64,000 nt of DNA from Hyaloraphidium curvatum SAG 235-1. Its lineage: Eukaryota; Fungi; Monoblepharomycota. Numbering within the stretch: the stretch's first letter is position 1; the number at the start of each line of letters is the position of its first letter. Location: assembly GCA_025558095.1 (NCBI GenBank), contig JAIVFI010000029.1:530753-594752 (forward strand). The letters run 5' to 3'. The translations under genes and the position numbers were made by a program. Below the pieces are notes generated by a model. It did no database searches and had not been told where the DNA came from. It worked only from the letters and a program-made list of their open reading frames with translations. This document shows positions 1-12,511 of the stretch, one piece after another.

Positions 1-132
1 TTCCATCTCCCATCTGATGTTGTCCGCGGCGTGCGGCATTGCGGCGGTGATGAGGGGAGCGGAGAACGGGTGGAGCGGCGGAGGATCAGACCGGGAACGG
101 GGGGCGAGGCGGCCAGCCGGACAGGGACAGAC

Positions 133-249
133 CTGGTACTCCTCGATTCTGATGAGGTTGTAGCCCCACCCGTTGTTGTCGCCCTGGGCGAGCACGGCCG
201 GGACGCCGGCAAGGGCGGCTGCGGCCGCAGCGAGGGCGGCGAGCTTCAT
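133..249 (-). CDS. First exon of a secreted protein (gene runs off the left edge)
   Basis: ATG at 249 gives MKLAALAAAAAALAGVPAVLAQGDNNGWGYNLIRIEEYQ, a classic signal peptide, followed by a GTCTGT donor at 132. Confidence 0.7.
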
Positions 250-855
250 GGTGGCGGAAACGCTGCGGCGGCCGGCGCGAGCGCGCCAGATGGCTCCGGA
301 GAGCGCTCCGGCCACACGTCGCGAAGCTGACTCGTACATTTGAGGTCGATGGCGGTCGTGCGGGAGACGAAAGTGTGTCCTCGAAGAGGTCGTGCGTCCC
401 TCAAAGGGAAGCGGTCCCTGAGCGCGATAGCCGATGGCTGGAAGCCGTCGAAGAAACCCCAAATTGGGTTTAAGCCGCGAATGGGGCCTCGACGCACATC
501 GAACCAGCGGAGAACTGGGTTTTGTAGGAACAGCGCCGACCTCGTGGCTGTCGGATGCACATCGAAGCGTGCTTCAGCACGTCCGCCGAAGGCCCCCAAG
601 CTACCACCGACATCAAATGATAGCTCCAAAAAAGAGTCCGAGCACGTGAATCCATATCACATACGAAGCTCCACGTCATCGAGCTGCTCCATTCTGATGT
701 GCTGTGACGGACATCTCGCCATTCCGGACGCTAGACATGCCTCGACAAAGCTTTCATTCGCCTCGCCCAAACCCACGAGCGACACTGAATCTGAGGTGTA
801 CAATCTGCATGCTGGAGGCTCGTCGTTCTCTGCTGTGCTCCCGCGAAGCCCGGCC

Positions 856-2629
856 TTACGACTTGTGGAGGCTGCTCGACGAAACCGTCCGGTACACCGT
901 GTCCAGGTGCTTCGATTCCTCGTCCACGAGCGCGAATTCTGGCGGGAATGATCGAATGAGCAGACGAAGAACAAGTCCGGGCGGAAAGAAACCCACCGAT
1001 CACGGCAAACACCTTGACCGTGTCCCACCACTTCTTGGCCTTGCCGTCGTTGCGCTTGGGCGGCAGGTCCTTCTTGTCCGAGCTCCCGCCGCCCGACGTC
1101 GTCCGCGAGTGCCCAAGCGACTTGCGCCGGCCGATCGAGGCCATGAACTGCATCGTGTTGCCGCGCGCGAGGTTGGGAGGATGCCGGTGGCCGAGCAGGT
1201 ACAGCGTGAGGGGTTGGCCGTTGATGTACTTGGACATGTCGACCTGAGAAGACGGAGGAGGTAGATGCCGGGGTCGGGGAGAGGCGGGGGATCGGTCAGG
1301 GCCCGCGTTGACGACAGAACGGACCCAAAACCCACCGAGATCCCCAAGTTGAGATTGTGCGTGTTCAGGTCAACGAAGCTAAAGGCATGACAGGTAATGT
1401 GAGCGACAGGGACCCCGCCGGGGGGCACCGGCGGACCCACGGAGCGTAGATCTCCATGTCGACCACACGGTCCTTCTTGAAGATCACCGAATGCCGGTTC
1501 TCCGAGTCCTTCATCCACTTGCGCCGCGCCTTGCTGTCCGACGTCGAGCATGGCGGCTCCTCGTAGCTGCTGTCGGCAAACAGCAGCCGCGTGTCCTCGA
1601 CCAGGTCGATGTCCGAGTCCTTCGGGGGGACAATCCACTTGCCCAGCGTCGGGTGGGGTTCGTAGGTTTCGGCGGGGGTCATGATGCGGGAAGAGGCGGT
1701 GGGGTATGTGGGGAGGGTGCGCTGAAGCGGAGGGCCGGGATGGGGCGGTCGAGCGGCGGCGGCCTCCTTGGCGGCCGAGTCGTCGTGGTCCGGCTCGCCG
1801 TCCGCCGACGATGCTCCGGGAGGGGCAGCAGGAGGAGGGGTGACGATGATGGCGTTCATCGAAGTTCCCAAGTTGCTGCAGAAGAATGAAGCGTATCAGA
1901 CTCGAGGTGGAGCACGCCTCCAGAGTCGAAACTTGCCTGAGAACCCAGGGCACGTTGACCTCTAGATCCGATTGCAGCGAAGGGTCGATGTAATTGGCGG
2001 CTCTGAGGCCGAAACGATGAGGAAAAGCGAAAGCATGGCCCGGGAACGGACGTACTTCAGCATCAGACTGGTGCCGAACGGCGGGCTGATTTTGCGGTCA
2101 AACACGCCGCCAAAGAAGATCTCTCCCGCGTCCCAGTCCGCCTAAGACAGCGGAAAGATGTGTAAGTTCCGGTTGCAAGAGAGACAGCGGTCGGCCGGCA
2201 TGTTGGCGAACTGTCCGTCGAAACCAGGCCAACAGAGTTCCACGAGAAGGCAGCTCGGTCCAGGTCCAGACCCCAAGCAACTCCCCAACCCTTAGATACG
2301 ACATTCACCTTAAACCTGCCCTGAATGGTGATCGAGAAGCGCCGGTTCCTCCCAGGCTTCTCGAAGTACGGCGTCGTCTTCTGGCAGCCGGCCTCGTCCT
2401 TGCCGATCTCCACGCCAATCTCGGTCGGGCACACGCCAACAAAGTCCTTGACTCGAACCATGATCCGGCCCTCGAATTGGTCCGAGTTGACGTAGGTGGG
2501 CCGGGCGGGGTTGTTCACGAAGGAGGGCAGCAGGTGGTCGGGGTCGGGGCCGATGGAGACGCGGAGCCGCCGTTCGACGGGCGGCGCCTCATCCTTCGCC
2601 TTCTTGCCGCCGAAGCCCAGCCACGACAT
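856..2629 (-). CDS. DUF1769-family protein, multi-exon
   Basis: RLRVSIGPD..VNNPARPTYVNSDQFEGRIMVRVKDF..PYF..RRFSITIQGRFK and KYINGQPL match fungal DUF1769 proteins as I recall them. The last exon EFALVDEE..HKS* ends at 856. Confidence 0.75.
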
Positions 2630-3082
2630 GGCGGCAATAGTTCAGGGGAGAGGGAGGTTCGGGGCGGGGACCGCGGTGACGGTGCGAGGCGACGGGGCCC
2701 GAGCACCGCAGCGGCCGGCCGCTGTTGTCTGCTCGAGCAAGTTCCGCTCGATATCAAGCCCCGAGGCCGCCTCAGGAAGAACGGCGGCCGCGGGAAGGTC
2801 CGGCGCGAGGTGGCGGTGACTCCGGCCGACGCGTTCAAGGCGCGGCGGGGAGCCCGATTCCCTCCTCGACAACGCCTTCAGCGTCCTCCTTCTTCCTCGA
2901 GCAAGCGTCCGTCTGCAACCCTTGCCCCGAAGACGACGGGATGGGGCTCGTTCCGTCAGGGCTGGTCAGGGCACAAGCGGCAGGCGGCAGGCGGCCAAGG
3001 GGCCAAGCATTCGGGTTCCCCAGGCTTTCTATTTCAACACCTCGGTTCTGATCGAGTCGCCATGCTCGCCCCATTTTCTAGA

Positions 3083-5664
3083 TCAAGTAAGCTGGTACTT
3101 GGGTCCCTCGCCTCCCTGCGGAGTCTGCATCCCAACGTTAGTCAGCGCCTGGAGCCAGCCCGACACGCGAGAGACCACGAACCGTCCACTGGATGTCCTG
3201 GTTGGGATCCTTGATATCGCACGTCTTGCAGTGCACGCAGTTGGAGAAGTTGACCTGCCACCTCTTGCCGCTAGGGTGCGTCGACTCGGGGTCGTCGACG
3301 AACTCGTAAACGCCGGCTGTAGTCACAGGGCGGGCCCATCAACAAGGCAGCCATCAAGGACCATGGGTGGGCACCTACCAGGGCAGAATCGGCCCTCAGG
3401 CCCGCCCCACTTCTCGTAGTTGTCCAGGTGCACCTTGGCATTGGTCTTCAGGTGCATCACCTGGTCGTCCTCGTGCCCCGTCCCGCTCCGAGACACCGAT
3501 TCGAGGATGTCGAAGGTCACGACGCCGTCGGGCTTGGGGTAGTCGATCGGCTTGGCGTCCTTGGCCGGGATGAGCGTCGCGTGGTCCGGCTTGGGGTGCT
3601 GGAACGTGAAGGGCACGCGGCCCTTGAGGAAGTACATATCGAGCGCCGACCACACGAAGAAACCGTAGAGGCCGAGGGGGTTGTGGAACGAAGGTTTGAC
3701 GTTGCGCACCGAGTGGAGCTCCTTGTAGAGCCACGAGTCGCGGAACTTTTCGTCGTAGTTGGAGAGCACCACGGGAAGGGGGACGTCGGTGGGGGTCGAC
3801 TCCGTCGAGCCGGCGGGGAAGAGGGTCTCGTACGTGGCCTCGGCAGCCAGCATGCCTGTGAATCGACCGGAAACAATGGTCAGCGGCGCACGCCGCGAAC
3901 CGTCCGCCTGAGACCCACCGCTCTTCATGGCGTTATGGGTGCCCTTGATCTTGGGCATGTTGAGGAATCCAGCCGTGTCGCCGATCAGCGCGCCGCCCGG
4001 GAAGTAGAGCTTCGGCAGGCTCTGGAGCCCGCCCTCGACGAGGGCCCTCGCGCCGTACGAGACCACCTTGCCGCCTTCCAGCATGCTGCGGATCTTGGGG
4101 TGCGACTTGAACCTCTGGAACTCCTTGTACGGGCTCATGTAGGGGTTGGTGTAGTCCAGGCCGACGACGAGGCCGATGGAGCACATGTTGTTCTCAAAGT
4201 GGTAGCACCAGGAGCCGCCGTAGGTGTGCGAGTCCAGCGGGTAGCCGGTGGTGTGCAGGACAAAGCCGAGATCGTGTTTCGCGGGGTCGAGCTCCCAAAC
4301 CTGCAAATCGCGGACCAGATCAGAGACGACCGAAGACAACTCTACACTGGCGGCAACTCGCCTCCTTGATCCCGATTCCGTAGGTCTGGAACTTGCCCTC
4401 CTCACGCAACCCAAACTTGCGGATCAGCTGCTTGGTCAGGCTGCCGTGGCAGCCCTCGGCAAAGAGCGTGACCTTGGCGCGGAATTCCATGCCGCGCGCA
4501 AAGCTGTCCTTGGGCTTGCCGTCCCGGCCGATGCCAACGTCGTTGGTGGCCACGCCGATAACCGAACCGTCTTCGCCGTACAGAATCTGGAGCAAAGACA
4601 TGTGAGCCAACCTGGCCACTCGGTGTGTGCTATAGAGCTCACCTCGCTGCCGGCGAACCCGGGGAAGACCTCGACGCCCACTTCCTCCGCCTTCTCTCCC
4701 AGCCACCGTACCACGTTCCCGAGCGACACAATGTAGTTCTTCCCCGCGTTGTTGAGGATCGGAGGGTGGGGTAGCGGGATGGCGTGCTTCTGGGTGAGGA
4801 ACCAGAACTTGTCCTTCTTGACGAGCGTCTTGACGGGCGAGTCCATCTCGCGCCAGTCGGGAAGGAGCTCGTTCAGGGCGGTAGGCTCGATGACGGCCCC
4901 CGAGAGGATGTGGGCGCCTGGGAAATGGTCGGTTTCAGCGAGGCGACGCGAGAGGGCGCGCGAGCTTGACGCACCGAGCTCCGAGCCCTTCTCCAAGAGG
5001 ACCACACGGATCTCCTTGCCGTTCTCAAAAGCGAGCTGCTTGAGCTTGATGGCAGCGGAAAGGCCAGACTAAACACGGCAATGCGGAATCAGCGTCAGGC
5101 TCGTCCATGACCACGCGGCGACCAATCGCCCCGCAGACGGTGGCAGCGGACATCCATGAAGAAAGTCTAGCAAAAGCCGGCAGATCCAAGCTCCGTTTGT
5201 GCCGGTGCAGCCCCCAGCGGCAGGACGCCGGGATCAGATGGTTCGCCGCGTCCCCGCCCGCGACCCCCCATTTCGAGCCGCCCCACAAGTATCCTGCTGC
5301 CTGCCATCTCCAAAGTTCTACTTACCGGGCCGCCTCCGATGATCAGCACGTCGACCTCGTCCACGAAGCGCTCCTCGTTCAGTGAGTTACTGGAGTCATC
5401 CTCCTCCTCGCCCTCCACGGCCCGCACGGTGGCCGAGGACGAGAAAGACGCCGTCTGCGAGAGCGACGGCAGACGCGCCAGCGGCGACACGGCGGGTGCG
5501 AGGGCCGTCGGTGCCGGTGCCGGCGCCGCGGAGCAAACGCCGCGCGGCCGCATCGCCGACGCGAGGAGTGCCACGGCGGAGCGGCGTGCCGGGACCGGGC
5601 CGGCAGGCACGACGAGCAATGCACGTCGGCATGCAGCAGCGGAGAGGCGCATTGGCGCGGCCAT
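3083..5664 (-). CDS. ETFDH: Mitochondrial ETF-ubiquinone oxidoreductase, multi-exon
   Basis: Arg/Ala-rich presequence; [13 protein letters not shown] motif; [12 protein letters not shown]; [22 protein letters not shown]; [16 protein letters not shown] 4Fe-4S motif; ends [12 protein letters not shown]. Confidence 0.95.
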
Positions 5665-5827
5665 GGTGTGGCAGCTGGGAATCCGCAGAACGTCGGCAAC
5701 TCGGCAAAGAGATCGGTCAAATTCCGCCCCGGCGCCTGACGCACTGCGCGCCTCAACTCGATTGAGGGTCTCGGACTTCAAGAGCGAATCTTCAATCTAA
5801 TGCCAGGTGCGTCGTAGCAAACAGGCT

Positions 5828-7786
5828 CTAGAGGACTTCGATGTCGACGTGCTTCACCTGTGTAGCGAGCGACAAGCGAGGCGTCAGGGGACTTCACAGT
5901 GGGAGCCCGACAAGTACCCACCTCTGGCGCGATATCAAAGACAATCTTCTCGAGTCTGTCGATCTCCAGTCCGACCTGCTCGAGGATGCCCCGTCCGTGC
6001 GCCTCCAGCCACTTGCTCGCGTCCGCCTCTGACTGGAGCCCCTGACCCTTCATCAGGAAGTCGAAGCTCATCCCCGCGAGCGCCTCGGGCGGCAGATCGG
6101 ACGCCGCCAGGCGCTCGCGGTAGCGGCGCACCACCTGGGCGCCGTCAAAGTTGATCTCGGCCTTGAACCGCGCCCAGTTGGACCCCCGCGTGATGGACTT
6201 GACGTCGTGCACGCTCAGCACGACGGGGTCCTTCTTGAGCGCCGACACGATGGCGTTGAGCTTCTGCGGGTTCATGCTGGTCCCGACTAGGCCGTTGACG
6301 TTCTGCCGGATCAGCCTGACGGCGACCCAGGCGAGGATGGCGCCGATGGCGATCGAACCCGCCGAGTCGTAGAACGGGTTGCCCGTGACGTGCGACAGCC
6401 CGATGCAGCTCAGCGCAATGACCACGCCGCCCAGCGCGGCCAGGTCCTCGTAGAAGACCGCGGTGGTCGTCGGGTCCACGCCCTTGGTGACGTACTCGAG
6501 GGGTTTCATGCCCTGTTCCACTGCCTTTTCCTTCACCTCGTTCCAGGCGGTGTGCAAAGAGTACGAGTCGACGGCAAAGTTGGCCGCCAGCACGCCGATG
6601 GCCGTCCCGACGGCTCCGATCGCTTCAGGGTGCATGAGGCCGTGGATCCCGTGCTGGATCGAGACGCCGCCTGAAGAAAGCGCCGGCGCGTTAGCCAAGC
6701 ATGTGGGGTCATGTTCGAAAGAGACCGACCGCCAAGGAAAAAGATGCCCACGCCCGACACCAGCGCCCACGCGAACCTCTCGCTCTGGAACCCGTACGGG
6801 TGCAGCGGGTCCGGCGCCTGCATGCTCCGGTAGATCCCGTACGCGAGCAGGCACTGGTTCAGCGAATCCGCGAGCGAGTGGAGGGCCTCCGAGACCATGG
6901 AGCTCGAGCCCGAGGTGTAGGCGGTGTAGGCCTTGACGATGAACATAACGAGGTTGCTGTGGGTACATTCGAGGGCAACCGTCAGCGGAGAGCCGACTGC
7001 CGTGATTGAATTGCCCACCCTGCCATCGCGATGGCCACGACCTTGAGCGTCGACTCCATCCCGCTCTTCTGCCCCTGTGCACTCGCCAGACGCGCCTCCT
7101 TCTTCCGCATAGACTTCCACTCTCCCAACCAGATCTGGTAGGCCTCCGGGTCCGTCGGGAGGGGCACGAACTCGGGCTCCACGTTGAGCTTGTCCTTCAG
7201 TGTAGGCTGGATGGGCCGCGAAGAGGCCGGCACGGGGGGAGGTAGGGTGCTGATGGGGAGCGGGGAGTCGGGTGCCGTAGGCGGGGCGCTTGCGCCCGAT
7301 TGAAGGGGAGAAACGCGGAAGAAGCGAGTCTGGGAGACGCCGGTGGCAGCTGGGCATGTCGGCCGTCAGAAGGAGACGGAGGGTACTCAGAAGCAGTCAC
7401 GCACCTCCAGCGACATCTTTCCGACGAGCCGAGCCGCGAAACGAGGTGACGGTGACGGACTCCGGAGAAAACGCGCCTCTCGTGGGCTGAAGCAAGGCCG
7501 TTCCCCGCTGCTCCGAGACTGATTCCCGAATCCCGCCAGCCAAGTGCGCAAAACCTCGCGCGTCCGGTGAAGATGGAGCAAGAACACCATCGGCGCGTCC
7601 TCTCGCGGGCTCCGGTCCTCTGGGGCGCGCTGCCGCCGTCAAGGCGGGCAACGTCAAGCTACGCGCTCCGGGGACGGTGGCCGCCCCATTCCGCGGCAGT
7701 GGCGGGCGCGATGGTCCGGCGCTTTCCGAAAGAACGCGATAGGCAGTCCGGAGAGGCCGGAACAGCCGGATCGACGGCGCCGACAT
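5828..7786 (-). CDS. Cation diffusion facilitator, ZnT9/SLC30A9-like (probably mitochondrial), multi-exon
   Basis: SGSSSMVSEALHSLADSLNQ, PDPLHPYGF..ERFAWALVSGVGIFFLG, DPTTTAVFYEDLAA, VHDVKS..RFKAEINFDG, EIDRLEK..KHVDIEVL*. Confidence 0.9.
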
Positions 7787-7923
7787 GGCCGGACCCTGAT
7801 GTTTGGCTCTCGCGGAGGGCGGCCGTTGCCCGCTCCGACGTCTCCTCGACTCTGGATCACTGGATTCGCCGAACATCATCTTTTGGCCAACTACCCACGA
7901 CTTGATCCGGGCAACAAATCTGC

Positions 7924-9548
7924 TCAGACGAAAGCCTCGAACTCCTTGGTCGTCCACGGGTCCCTCTCCCTCGGCCCCACCAGCTCGATCCGAGCCGCTT
8001 CCGAGAAGATCCCCTCCAGGTCTTCGGCACAGACCGGCGTGCCACTCGAGTAGTAGCTGTAACGGTCCGTGTTCCTGTAGATCCTAACCGTCTGCAGGTC
8101 GGGCGCTTCGAACTCGTGGAAGAACTTGCGCATCCTGGAACCGCCGCCGGGAGGGGAGGGACCGAGGCCACCATGGACCTCCAGCTCGAGCGTCCGAAGG
8201 GCGGGAAACGAGCCGGTGGCGGGTTCGAAGACGCTGAGCGAACCGAGGACGAGGCGCTCGAGGGTGGGGCCCGCCGCGTCGGCGATCCAGGGGCACGGGT
8301 TGACGACGCCCCTCCAGCTATAGCTTGACTGGTCGATGGCCAGCGCTTTGAGGCGAGGCCATTGCGGGGTCGGGAGCGAGCGCTTCTTGGCGATGACCGC
8401 GGCTTGAGCCGGTGATGGGCGGGCGCACTTGACATCCTTCGGTCCGTTCGGGCCGGCGACTTGCTGCGTGGCCACGATGCAGTGATCAGGAAGTTCGCGG
8501 TCTTCGGTGCTCAATTCGAGCGACCGAACGGAGACATCCTCTAGGTTGAAGAACGATTGGAGGATCCTGTCGAACACCCGGAGCGGTGTTTTTGCCCACA
8601 TGTCCAGCTTCTTCAGAGAAAGGTGGATAGGATGAGGCGCAGTCCCATCCTGAAGAAACTCGTTGGGTCCCAAGGGAGCTTCGAGGGCGAGAAAGTCGAG
8701 CCTGTGCCGCAGGAGGAAGGCGCTCGCCGACGAGCCCAGCCCGTCCAAACGCGGATACGATTCCACGGACACGAGTCGCAGGCGCCTTAACTGAGGTAGC
8801 TCGACGCCGGAGTAGTTGAACGTGGTGGAAAAGCTCGTTCCCACCTGCGGCCTACAGTAAGCGGCGATCGTTTTCGAGCGCACGGGCCAAAAGCTCACGA
8901 GATTCAGTTCGACGAGGTCCTGAAGCTTGTTGAGCGACTTGCTGAGCACCGTCTTGGTGATGAGCGAGTGCTGAATCGCGAAGGATCTGGGAAGCCGGGT
9001 CATGTGTGACACGTTAGCTGCGTGAGACGTCCGAGGAGCCTACTTGATGGCCCCCGGCGGCACCATTTCCAGGAACTCCTTGACCGTCGAGGATCCGATC
9101 CACGCAAATCGGTCTCCCTCCCCACGCTTGAGTTTCGCCTTCATGATTTTGACCTCCGCCCAGATCCCGCCCTGTGCGCCGAGGCTGCGAAGGTGACGGC
9201 ACGTCCGTAGGCTCAGCAGCGGTCCCGAAGCGGGAGCATCGAAACGATCTTGACGAGGAGCTCGGCCGGAAGGCTCTGCAGGTTGCTCGCGTGGAGCTTC
9301 GACGTCGCGCGTTCCACCTCGGCACGCTCCAGGGCACGCCCCTCCCGGATGGAGCTCAGCACCAGTGACTCAAGCACCTCCTTCGGAAGAGATCTCGCAG
9401 TCCGCTCGAACATGTCCGACGGCGATAGCAGCGGGACCACCTGCGACTCGGAGCTCGTGAGACGCGGGTCCCACGTCTCGGGCACGGGCAGGCCCACCTC
9501 CGCCGCGGGCGCGGCCGCCTTCTTCTTCGCCTTCGACTTCGGAGGCAT
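7924..9548 (-). CDS. F-box/LRR-like protein, copy 1 (apparent 1-nt frameshift inside the F-box)
   Basis: LQSLPAELLVKIVSMLPLRDR F-box continues as LSLRTCRHLRSL..IW only after a frame change near 9218. Degenerate LxxLxL repeats follow; two short introns. Confidence 0.65.
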
Positions 9549-9738
9549 GGCGGCAGCCGCGATGAGGGCCCGAGGAGCAACCGCGACTTCACGGTGTTCG
9601 AGGTGTGGGATGGGCTCGCTCCCGTCAAACCGTCCGCCTCGGCATCACGAGCTCGGGAGCTAGCATAGAACGATTCGCTGAAGAAGATCTCTTGCATAAA
9701 TTACAATCATAGCCCATCGGGAAAAGAAGCTAGATTTG

Positions 9739-11132
9739 TTAGGCAACAGCCTCGAACTCCTTGCTCGTCCATGGATCCTTCTCCCTCGCCGCGCCCACGA
9801 TCTCGATCTCGGCCTGTTCCGGGAAAATACCCTCGACGTGCTCGCGGAGGATCTCGTTGATCCTCGCGTAGGTGCTCCTAAAGATCCTCACAGTCTCTAG
9901 GTTCGGCGCCTCGAACGCGTGGAAGACGTTTCGTATCCGCGAGGGGGCCGGGGGCCGGAAGCCCAAGCGGCGTTCGACCTCGAGCTCGAACGTCTCGAGG
10001 GCGGGGAACGATCCTGTGATGGGCCCGGCGAAGATCGAGTCCAGGGCGAGGTGCCGCAGGGTGGCTCCCAAGGCGTCGGCGATCCAGGCGCACGACGAGT
10101 TCACGTCCCAGCCGAAGCTGTCGACCGAGAGCTTCCGTAGATGGGGCCACCGGGGGTTCGGCATCGCGCGCATCTCATTGATGGCGGCCAAACGGGCCTT
10201 GGTGGACCGGTAGCACCTGACCTCCCGGCTTTCGAGGTCCGTATCGAATGCGATGGTGGTGACGTCGCAGGCTGCGGGGATCGCGTCGGGACCCGCCATG
10301 CCGATGCTCCGGATGGAAAGCTCCTCCAAGTTGACGAAAGTGGCGAGAATCTTTTCCAGCAGGCGGAGGGTTGTCTCGCCAAGGCAGTCCTCTTCAGAGC
10401 GGTATGGAACGGCAGACGCGCGTTTGAGCCCTCTTCGACGAGCTCGGTCGGTCCCAAGGGAGCATCGAGGGCGAGGAGGTCGAGCTTGTGTCGTAGGACA
10501 AAGGCGCTCGCGGAAGCGCTTAACCCGTCCATGCGCGGATTGATCTCCGAATGTAGGATCCGGAGGCACTTCAAATTGGGCAGGTCGACGCCGGAGAAGT
10601 TGAAGGAGGTGGCAAAGGTGCTGCCAACCTGCGGTCGCCGATGAGCGAAGCACGGACGTGGGTGGGTGAACAAAGTGCTCACGAGATTGAGCTCGACGAG
10701 CTCCTGAAGAACAGGGACCGCCTTGGCGAGCACCTTCTTGCTGATGAACGAGTGTTGAATCGTGACAGATCTGCCAGCCGCGTCAAAGGATGTTTGCACA
10801 CTTCGCGCATCCTCGACCCACTTCACCGCTCCCGGTGGTACAATTTCCAGGAGCTCCTTGGCCACCGACGGTCCAATCCAGGCGAATCGGTCTTCTTCTC
10901 CACGGCGCGTTGCAGAGCACGCTGCTCCCGAATGGACCTCAGCACCAGCGCCTCGAGCACATCCTTGGGCAAGGATCTGGCCGTCCGCGCGAACAAGTCC
11001 GATGGCGGGAGACTCGGGGGGACCTGCGAACCCGAAATCGCATAAGACAAGGTCCGAGAAACGGGCAGCCCAACAAACCTCAGACGCGGCTGCTGCGGCC
11101 TGCTTGTTCGCCTCATCGTTCTCCGGCTGCAT
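9739..11132 (-). pseudogene. Tandem paralogue of the F-box gene, F-box deleted, with frameshifts
   Basis: Colinear with copy 1 (TARSLPK, DRFAWIG, QVG..F.TSFN, DPWT.KEFEA). The F-box segment is missing and frame changes occur near 11075 and 10395. Confidence 0.7.
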
Positions 11133-11254
11133 GATTGGGAAGACGATGAGACTCCCAGGGGGATCCTGCACTTGCGATTTGCCTGTTTGTGAGGGACTCC
11201 GCGACGCCATCACCGACACCAGTGCCCTCGCGCGCCAAACAGCGCTGGGACGCG

Positions 11255-12331
11255 ATGGCGACGCGGCGGCTGTTCGATACGCTGCCGGTTGACCGCGATG
11301 TCGTCGCCCGCGCCGTGTCGGAGAAGTGGAACGTCGCCCTGGGGGACCTCCTCAAGGCGTCCCAAAACAGCACCTTCCTGGGAACGGACGCGTCGGGCGC
11401 AAAGGTCATCGTGCGGGTTACGCCCGACAGCGAAGGCACGGAGCACCAGAGGATCGCGGACGAGCTGCACTTTATCAACTACCTGGACCGGCGCGGTCTG
11501 CGACGCGTCTGCCCGCCCGTCCCCATGCTCGGCGCGTCGGACGCGGAAACGGGCGACGAGTCCCAGCGGTTCATCGCCAAGGTGGACAAGCTCAACATTG
11601 TCGTGTTCCAGCACGCGGCGGGGGAACTCGTGGACTTCATCTCGTGGAAATGGATCTCCGACGAGGTTCTGGCCCGCATTTGGGGGAGGTGGACCGGCGA
11701 ACTGCATGCCCTGTCGCGCGCCTACGCGTCCGAGTTCCCGGCCATCATCGCCCGCGCGAGGTCCTGGGACGAGCTGCACGATTCGATCATGCGGGGGGCC
11801 CCGCTGGCCCCCGAGGACGTAGCCCTCGCCGCGGACCAGCGCCACTTCGGCCTCCTGCACGGAGACATCAACATCTCCAACTTCTTCTACATCGCACCGT
11901 CGGCGGACGATCCCCGCGGCACGCTGCACGTCTTTGACTGGGATCAAATCCAGCGCGGGTGGTTCCTCTACGACCTGGTGATGTGCGTCTACTTCCCGTA
12001 CATGCTGAGCCGCGCGGGCAAGTTCCTCGACGGGAGCGTCGCCCCGAGCCGCGAGGCAGCCGAGCGCTTCATGGACTGGGTCGTCGCCGGGTACGAGCAG
12101 GGCCTGGACGAGTCGTTGCCTGACGAGGCCCCGCACCGCGTTGACCGGGCGGCGCTGGACCGGATGATCGAGCTCCGGAAGCTGTTCTACGAGCGTTTCT
12201 GCCGCAGGGCGATCGTGGAGCTGGATGAGGACGAGGCCAAGGGCGCGGATCCCAAGCCGGCGATGAGGGTTTTCATGACCTGGGTGGTGGACTGGCTTGA
12301 CCGCGAGGCCAGGGGGGAGATTCCGAAATGA
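11255..12331 (+). CDS. APH/homoserine-kinase-II-family small-molecule phosphotransferase, intronless
   Basis: SQN..F, IVRVT..ELHFINYL, GRWTGELH, GLLHGDINISNFF (Brenner motif), VFDWD..GWFLYDL. Confidence 0.85.
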   Translation: MATRRLFDTLPVDRDVVARAVSEKWNVALGDLLKASQNSTFLGTDASGAKVIVRVTPDSEGTEHQRIADELHFINYLDRRGLRRVCPPVPMLGASDAETGDESQRFIAKVDKLNIVVFQHAAGELVDFISWKWISDEVLARIWGRWTGELHALSRAYASEFPAIIARARSWDELHDSIMRGAPLAPEDVALAADQRHFGLLHGDINISNFFYIAPSADDPRGTLHVFDWDQIQRGWFLYDLVMCVYFPYMLSRAGKFLDGSVAPSREAAERFMDWVVAGYEQGLDESLPDEAPHRVDRAALDRMIELRKLFYERFCRRAIVELDEDEAKGADPKPAMRVFMTWVVDWLDREARGEIPK

Positions 12332-12511
12332 TTAGCTGGGAGGCAGGATCGTCGCCTTCTAGGCAGAAATGTGATTCGATGGATAATTTGGACAGCAGCG
12401 CTGGACATCGTAGGGCCCTGCGCGATGCTGTGTTTGTGGCTTCCGCTGAACCGCGCACAGTCACCCATCGGCGAGCAACGCAACCACACCTCCTCGCGGT
12501 CGACCACCGAA

